From a virus (taxonomy: Duplodnaviria; Heunggongvirae; Uroviricota; Caudoviricetes): a stretch of DNA of 64,000 bases. Numbering within the stretch: position 1 is the first letter of the stretch; the number at the start of each line of letters is the position of its first letter. Below, piece by piece: positions 63,948 through 64,000 of this stretch. The notes under the pieces are model-generated. The model did not search any database, was not told where the DNA came from, and worked only from the letters and a program-made list of their open reading frames with translations. The translations under genes were made by a program, and so were the position numbers. Where the stretch lies: the IMG/VR virus record IMGVR_UViG_3300037852_000238. One strand, written 5' to 3'.

Positions 63948-64000
63948 TCCTTCACCAACCTAACGACGCGGTCCTCTGGCGGCGTCCTCACCGTTAGCTG

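Noticed and set aside
1-64000. CRISPR arrays, tRNA/rRNA genes, integrase/att sites, transposases
   Set aside because: No direct-repeat/spacer periodicity, no cloverleaf-like candidates noticed by eye, and no tyrosine/serine recombinase or transposase signatures in any long ORF; absence from an unaided read is not proof

Overview
The whole 64 kb window reads as one contiguous piece of a large, high-GC (about 65%) tailed-phage or prophage genome. No integrase, terminase, portal, capsid, tRNA or CRISPR array was seen, so the element extends beyond both ends of the window. The host is probably an alphaproteobacterium (Rhizobiales-like), judging from the GC content and a DUF3309-like small membrane peptide.

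Layout:
- Rightward late operon (1-16.1 kb): tail sheath/tube candidates, a tail-assembly chaperone with a canonical -1 frameshift site (GGGTTTT), a tape-measure protein carrying lytic-transglycosylase and SGNH-like segments, Mu/P2-like baseplate genes, two fiber genes and a lysis cassette, ending with a CX5R phosphatase.
- Embedded leftward mini-operon (16.25-17.44 kb), driven by copy 1 of a 34-nt promoter-like motif.
- Rightward moron block (17.5-19.7 kb): a lipoprotein, small proteins and a papain-like peptidase, closed by a strong intrinsic terminator at the convergence point.
- Leftward block of about 44 kb: (i) a complete-looking nucleotide-heptose pathway with tailoring enzymes (19.8-28.3 kb); (ii) small early genes, an HTH regulator and three paralogous small proteins; (iii) nucleotide metabolism and replication genes (class II ribonucleotide reductase, family-B DNA polymerase, dCTP-deaminase-like protein, two N6-adenine methyltransferases); (iv) a thymidine-hypermodification-like cluster (48.2-57.9 kb) interrupted by an HNH homing endonuclease; (v) an SNF2-like helicase.

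Five same-orientation copies of the 34-nt two-box motif precede leftward transcription units. Low-GC patches mark mosaic acquisitions. The most interesting signal is a sugar-nucleotide (heptose) tailoring pathway with no glycosyltransferase, sitting in the same phage transcription block as DNA-base hypermodification genes.
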